A stretch of 64,000 nucleotides of DNA from an uncultured Gammaproteobacteria bacterium (GTDB lineage Bacteria > Patescibacteriota > Microgenomatia > Levybacterales > UBA12049). The position numbers and the translations under genes are program-made. How positions within the stretch are numbered: position 1 is the stretch's first letter; the number at the start of each line of letters is the position of its first letter. The stretch is from positions 7,688 to 71,687 of the forward strand of contig CAZWMJ010000002.1 in the NCBI GenBank assembly GCA_964635045.1, written 5' to 3'. Of this stretch, positions 60,058-64,000 are shown piece after piece. The notes beneath the pieces were generated by a model, which saw only the letters and a program-made list of their open reading frames with translations, did no database searches and had not been told where the DNA came from.

Positions 60058-61815
60058 TCATAATCTCTTTATCCACAAACTCACTTCTTTCTTAAGTTGG
60101 GCCACCTCGCTCTCATTATTGTCTTTTTCTTGATCCTTAAGTTTTCTCTCTATGTCTTTTATTTTCTGACGCGTATAAAGCGTTTTTAATTCTTCCGCCA
60201 CTTTAATCGCTTCTTTTTCATACTCTTTGGCATCGGAAAATTTTGGCAATGGCAACAAAAAACAGGTATCAAAAGCCGCAATAAGTTCTTGGGGAATAAG
60301 GTTTAAAAACTTTTTACTGTCAAAGCTTCCGATTGATTCAAAATAGGATAATAAGTTGACTAAAATTTTTTGATAAGCCGGAAACTTAAGTGTAAAATCG
60401 GATAAAATTGAGTTAACTTTTTCTAATAGAAAATGCACGTCCTCCGCTTGAAGAATAAGGGAAATAAGATATTCCTCTAAAACTTCTTCTCTTTGTCTGT
60501 TTTTCGGCGAAGAAATTGCCGTTTTTTCCACCTGTTTGCTTTTTAATTTTTCAACTTCCTTCACTATCCCCTCGTAAGAGGTATCAAGCTCATGGGCCAG
60601 TTTTTTAAGATAAAATTCTTTAACAATCTCATTCTCAATTCCGGCAAATAAGGGCAAGAGGACGGCGCTGATATTTTTTTTACCATCTGCCGTTTCTTTA
60701 TCAAACCGTCCAGCTGTTTGAGTTAACAGATAATCATATACCGAAACATCGTCTTTCACCGCCTTTTTAAAAGCGAATATATTTTTTTTTAATGACTCAT
60801 CAGGATCTTTTTCATTTAAAACAACTATCATGGTGGTCATGTTTTTTTTCTCTAAAATCGGCAGGCTTCTTTTTATAGCTTCTTGCCCGGGGCTGTCCTG
60901 GTCAAAACAAAGACTGATCTTTTGAGTATATCGGGATAGAAGTTGAACCTGATTTTCCGTCAGGGCGGTTCCTTTTACGGCCACCACGTTTGTTATTCCG
61001 TTTTGGAAACAGGACATAACATCAAACTCTCCCTCCACCACAATTGCCTTACCATTCTCTTTTATTGCATCTCTGGCAATATTAAGCCCAAAAAAAAGAT
61101 TTCCTTTGTGATAAGCAACTGTTTCTTTGGTGTTAATATATTTCCCGATTGCGGAAACTGACTCATCAATGGTTCTGCCGGAAAATCCAACTATGTTATC
61201 CCGATGATCAAAAAGGGGGAACATAAGTCGATTGGCAAAAAAATCAACCAACTCCCCATCTCTAAAGTTGGCAAGACCGGCGTCTATCAAATCTTCTTTG
61301 GTGTATCCTTTCTTTTTAGTCAGATAAGAACAAAGAGAAACCGCTCCCTTAGGAGCAAAACCCAGCATAAATGTGTCAATAACTTTGCGCCTTATCCCCC
61401 TTTCTTTTTCCAGATATAAAAGCGCCTTTTTACCGGCCGGATGCTTTGTTAAAACATAATGATAAAACTCGCAAGATAGACGATTGATGCCGTATATCCT
61501 TTCTTTTTTTGACGATATTCCTTTCTCAAAAGACGAGGATATCAATTCTATTCCCGCCTTTTTTGCTAAAATTCTCAGAGCTTCGGGAAACTCCAAATTT
61601 TCATATTCCATTAAAAATGTAAAACAATCTCCGCCTTTTGAACACCCAAAACAATGCCAAATCTGCCGCTCGGGAGACACCACAAAAGAAGGAGATTTCT
61701 CGCTGTGAAAAGGGCAAACTACCTTGAAGTTTCTGCCTGTTTTCTTAAGCGGAATGTACTCCGATATTAATGACACTATATCTATTTTTTCTCTAATCTG
61801 CGCTACTTGATCCAT
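60058..61815 (-). CDS. dnaG: DNA primase
   Basis: CPFHSEKSPSFVVSPERQIWHCFGCSKGGD zinc finger and the TOPRIM VVEGEFDVMS. ATG 61815 (MDQVAQIREKIDIV) is preferred over the track start at 61872. Confidence 0.92.
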   Translation of the reverse strand: MDQVAQIREKIDIVSLISEYIPLKKTGRNFKVVCPFHSEKSPSFVVSPERQIWHCFGCSKGGDCFTFLMEYENLEFPEALRILAKKAGIELISSSFEKGISSKKERIYGINRLSCEFYHYVLTKHPAGKKALLYLEKERGIRRKVIDTFMLGFAPKGAVSLCSYLTKKKGYTKEDLIDAGLANFRDGELVDFFANRLMFPLFDHRDNIVGFSGRTIDESVSAIGKYINTKETVAYHKGNLFFGLNIARDAIKENGKAIVVEGEFDVMSCFQNGITNVVAVKGTALTENQVQLLSRYTQKISLCFDQDSPGQEAIKRSLPILEKKNMTTMIVVLNEKDPDESLKKNIFAFKKAVKDDVSVYDYLLTQTAGRFDKETADGKKNISAVLLPLFAGIENEIVKEFYLKKLAHELDTSYEGIVKEVEKLKSKQVEKTAISSPKNRQREEVLEEYLISLILQAEDVHFLLEKVNSILSDFTLKFPAYQKILVNLLSYFESIGSFDSKKFLNLIPQELIAAFDTCFLLPLPKFSDAKEYEKEAIKVAEELKTLYTRQKIKDIERKLKDQEKDNNESEVAQLKKEVSLWIKRL

Positions 61816-61881
61816 AAGTTTTTCTGAGTCTGGATGTAAAAGCAGGGCTATTGTATCACGTGTATAATACACTTGCTACTT

Positions 61882-62382
61882 ATGCTTATCATTCTATTCG
61901 GATTACCCGGGGCCGGCAAAACATACATCGGCAATATTTTCCAAAAGGCTTTTGGTTTTTATTTTTATGATGGAGATAATGATTTAACGGAGGATATCAA
62001 TGCCGCTGTGGCCAAAAAACTGGTTATCAATGATTGGATGAGAGATGAATATTTTGCCAAACTTTTCAAAAGAATTAAAAAAGAAACATTAAAACACCAA
62101 AAATTGGTAGTTGCCCAAACATTTATCAAAGAAAAATATAGAAAAGCTTTTCTTAAAAACTTTCCGCAGACCAGATTTATTTTGGTAAAAACCGCAAAAT
62201 CGCTTCGAGAATTACGTCTCAACAGAAGAAAAATATATCCTATTGATAAACTGTATGCGCAAAAAATGTCTGTTATCTTTGAACAACCGCGCTTGAAACA
62301 TGAAGTTATCATAAATGATGCTCCAAGAGAAGAAAAAGTTAAACAGCAAATAGCTTGCATTTTAGACAAAGTTTTTGTATAA
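61882..62382 (+). CDS. gluconokinase-family P-loop kinase
   Basis: LFGLPGAGKTYIG Walker A and FYDGDNDLTEDINAAV...NDWMRDEYF, which parallels GntK (DGDxxH..N..KM..G.pL.D.DR..W). ATG 61882 is preferred over TTG 61873. TGTATAAT at 61862-61869. Confidence 0.55.
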   Translation: MLIILFGLPGAGKTYIGNIFQKAFGFYFYDGDNDLTEDINAAVAKKLVINDWMRDEYFAKLFKRIKKETLKHQKLVVAQTFIKEKYRKAFLKNFPQTRFILVKTAKSLRELRLNRRKIYPIDKLYAQKMSVIFEQPRLKHEVIINDAPREEKVKQQIACILDKVFV

Positions 62383-62392
62383 TATAATCCAG

Positions 62393-63397
62393 ATGCAATA
62401 TGCAATTGCTACAATTGCTTCTCATACCTGTCTCCAAATCTTAAAGGGAGGAAGGGATGAAGGATTAAAAACAATTGCTATAGTCACGCCAAAAATTAAA
62501 AAGTTTTATCAGCAATTCCCCTTTATTGACCAAATTATCACCATCAAAAACTTCTCGCATCTTCTTAAACTTGAACAGCAACTCATAAAAGAAAAGGCTA
62601 TTCTTGTTCCGCATGGTTCTTTTGTGGCATACCTTAGTCTTTCCGACCATAAAAAAATGAAAACATTATACTTTGGCAATAAAGATGTGCTTGATTGGGA
62701 GGCCAACCGGCAAAAACAGCGTGAATGGCTGATTAAGGCTGGAATACGCGTGCCGCGTCAATTCAAGCGCGTCAATAAAATCGACGCGCCGGTCATAGTC
62801 AAATCTTATGGGGCGGCCGGGGGTAAAGGATACTTTTTTGCTAAAAACAAAGAAGAGTTTGTTAAAAGAATAGCTACTTTTAAGAGTAAAAACTATGTTA
62901 TACAAGAATACATCATCGGCGTTCCTTTATTTATCCATTATTTTTACTCACCCCTTACCAAAAAACTGGAAATCTTAAGTATTGACAGACGATATGAAAC
63001 AAACGTTGATTCGTTAGGACGTATTCCGTCACAAAATCAGGAAGGATTGGGTATTGAACCATCGTTTGTGGTAGTAGGAAATAGTCCTTTAACTCTTAGA
63101 GAATCGCTTATGCCGGTGGCTTTTGAAATGGGAGAAAGGGTGGTTAAAATATCGCAGAAATTGATGCCTCCAAAAGGGTTAATCGGACCATTTTGTATTG
63201 AAACGATTATTACCCCCAATCAGGAATTTTTTGTGGTAGAAATTTCCTGCCGCATTGTGGCCGGAACGAATCTATTTATAGAGGGCTCTCCCTACTCTCA
63301 GCTTTTGTATGATGAACCCATGTCTACAGGCAGAAGAATTGCCAGAGAGATAAAAATTGCAATAAAAAATGATGGATTGAATAAGATATTGGATTAA
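62393..63397 (+). CDS. purP: 5-formaminoimidazole-4-carboxamide ribonucleotide (FAICAR) synthetase, archaeal-type ATP-grasp PurP
   Basis: IATIASHTCLQILKGGRDEGLKTIAI matches the PurP N-terminal signature, followed by an ATP-grasp body. ATG 62393 is preceded by TGTATAAT (62376-62383) plus 9 nt. Confidence 0.8.
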   Translation: MQYAIATIASHTCLQILKGGRDEGLKTIAIVTPKIKKFYQQFPFIDQIITIKNFSHLLKLEQQLIKEKAILVPHGSFVAYLSLSDHKKMKTLYFGNKDVLDWEANRQKQREWLIKAGIRVPRQFKRVNKIDAPVIVKSYGAAGGKGYFFAKNKEEFVKRIATFKSKNYVIQEYIIGVPLFIHYFYSPLTKKLEILSIDRRYETNVDSLGRIPSQNQEGLGIEPSFVVVGNSPLTLRESLMPVAFEMGERVVKISQKLMPPKGLIGPFCIETIITPNQEFFVVEISCRIVAGTNLFIEGSPYSQLLYDEPMSTGRRIAREIKIAIKNDGLNKILD

Positions 63398-63403
63398 ACC
63401 AAA

Positions 63404-64000
63404 ATGAAAAAATACGCGCTGATCAGTGTTTACAACAAAAATGGTCTTGAGAAACTGGCTAAAACATTGCAAAAACTGGGATTAATTATTATCGCAACGG
63501 GAGGAACAGCCAAATTTTTACAGGATCATGGTATTTCGTATATTCCGATAGGAAAAATAACGGGAAATCCGGAAATTTTTGACGGCAGAATGAAAACCAT
63601 CAGTTTTGAAATAGAAGCGGGAATTCTTTTTGATAGGTCGAAAAAAGAGCACGCTTGGAGAGCGCAAAAGTTAAAAATTCCAAGCATTGATGTGGTTGTT
63701 TGCAATTTTTATCCCTTTTGGGAAAAACAAACGGCAGAAATGATTGATGTGGGCGGACCAACTATGGTAAGAGCCGCTGCCAAAAATTTTAAAGATGTTA
63801 CTGTTTTGGTGGATCCCGCAGATTATGATACGGCTAAAGAAGAAATAACTCAAGATACAAGAAAACGATTAGCGGCTAAAGCTTTCTCTTATGTTGCCGA
63901 TTATGATGTGTTAATCAGCAATTACTTTTCGCAAGAAACAGGACTAAAAGACAGACACTTTATTACCATGGATCGCGGAGTAGCGCTTAGATATGGAGAA
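63404..64000 (+). CDS. purH: bifunctional IMP cyclohydrolase/AICAR transformylase PurH, N-terminal part (runs off the right edge)
   Basis: My own translation from ATG 63404: MKKYALISVYNKNGLEKLAKTLQKLGLIIIATGGTAKFLQDHGI...VVCNFYPF...IDVGGPTMVRAAAKNF...ALRYGE. No stop before the window end. Confidence 0.85.
   Translation, partial: MKKYALISVYNKNGLEKLAKTLQKLGLIIIATGGTAKFLQDHGISYIPIGKITGNPEIFDGRMKTISFEIEAGILFDRSKKEHAWRAQKLKIPSIDVVVCNFYPFWEKQTAEMIDVGGPTMVRAAAKNFKDVTVLVDPADYDTAKEEITQDTRKRLAAKAFSYVADYDVLISNYFSQETGLKDRHFITMDRGVALRYGE

Noticed and set aside
61965-62405. 146-aa minus-strand ORF
   Set aside because: It is antisense to the P-loop kinase gene and has no motifs.

Overview
AT-rich, gene-dense bacterial chromosome segment with about 73 protein genes, one tRNA, no rRNA and no CRISPR. 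The standard genetic code applies: TGA ends conserved genes such as tatD, the GT2 gene and pcrA at their expected lengths. Gene style includes short housekeeping proteins, six GT-C-type membrane glycosyltransferases, archaeal-type PurP, PilN/PilO-like genes, few intrinsic terminators and many 4-nt ATGA overlaps. This fits an uncultivated small-genome bacterium such as a CPR/Patescibacteria member, but that placement is inference only. Housekeeping blocks are: thrC, a PLP-enzyme/C39-like fusion and aspartokinase; metG and tatD; a serB/serA fusion plus serC; groES-groEL; lepA, murJ and rpsT; tpiA, pcrA and a FemAB-like gene; sodN-sodX; rpoD-dnaG; purP-purH. There are two large envelope-glycan blocks, at 8.0-13.3 kb and 28.4-37.7 kb. 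Accessory regions are a Phd/RelE cassette bracketed by direct repeats (20.5-21.2 kb) and a tRNA-Asn-associated region (51.9-56.6 kb). That region holds an HTH-GHKL ATPase, a STAS-like (DUF4325-type) protein and a 40-aa basic peptide, plus an M23 peptidase and several GIY-YIG-superfamily genes or fragments. The most interesting signals outside ordinary genes are: (1) a thrL-style Ile/Thr leader-peptide attenuator in front of aspartokinase; (2) -10 boxes placed 6-7 nt before the ATG at most operon heads, implying leaderless mRNAs; (3) dispersed four-unit heptamer arrays such as (ATTGGAA)4 and (ACGCAAA)4, sitting in-frame inside envelope genes or exactly at start codons; (4) a GC-rich hairpin element (CCTTCGACAAGCTCAGGACAAGG) inserted in-frame in tatD and sodX. 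All function calls rest on motif recognition by eye; no database search was possible.
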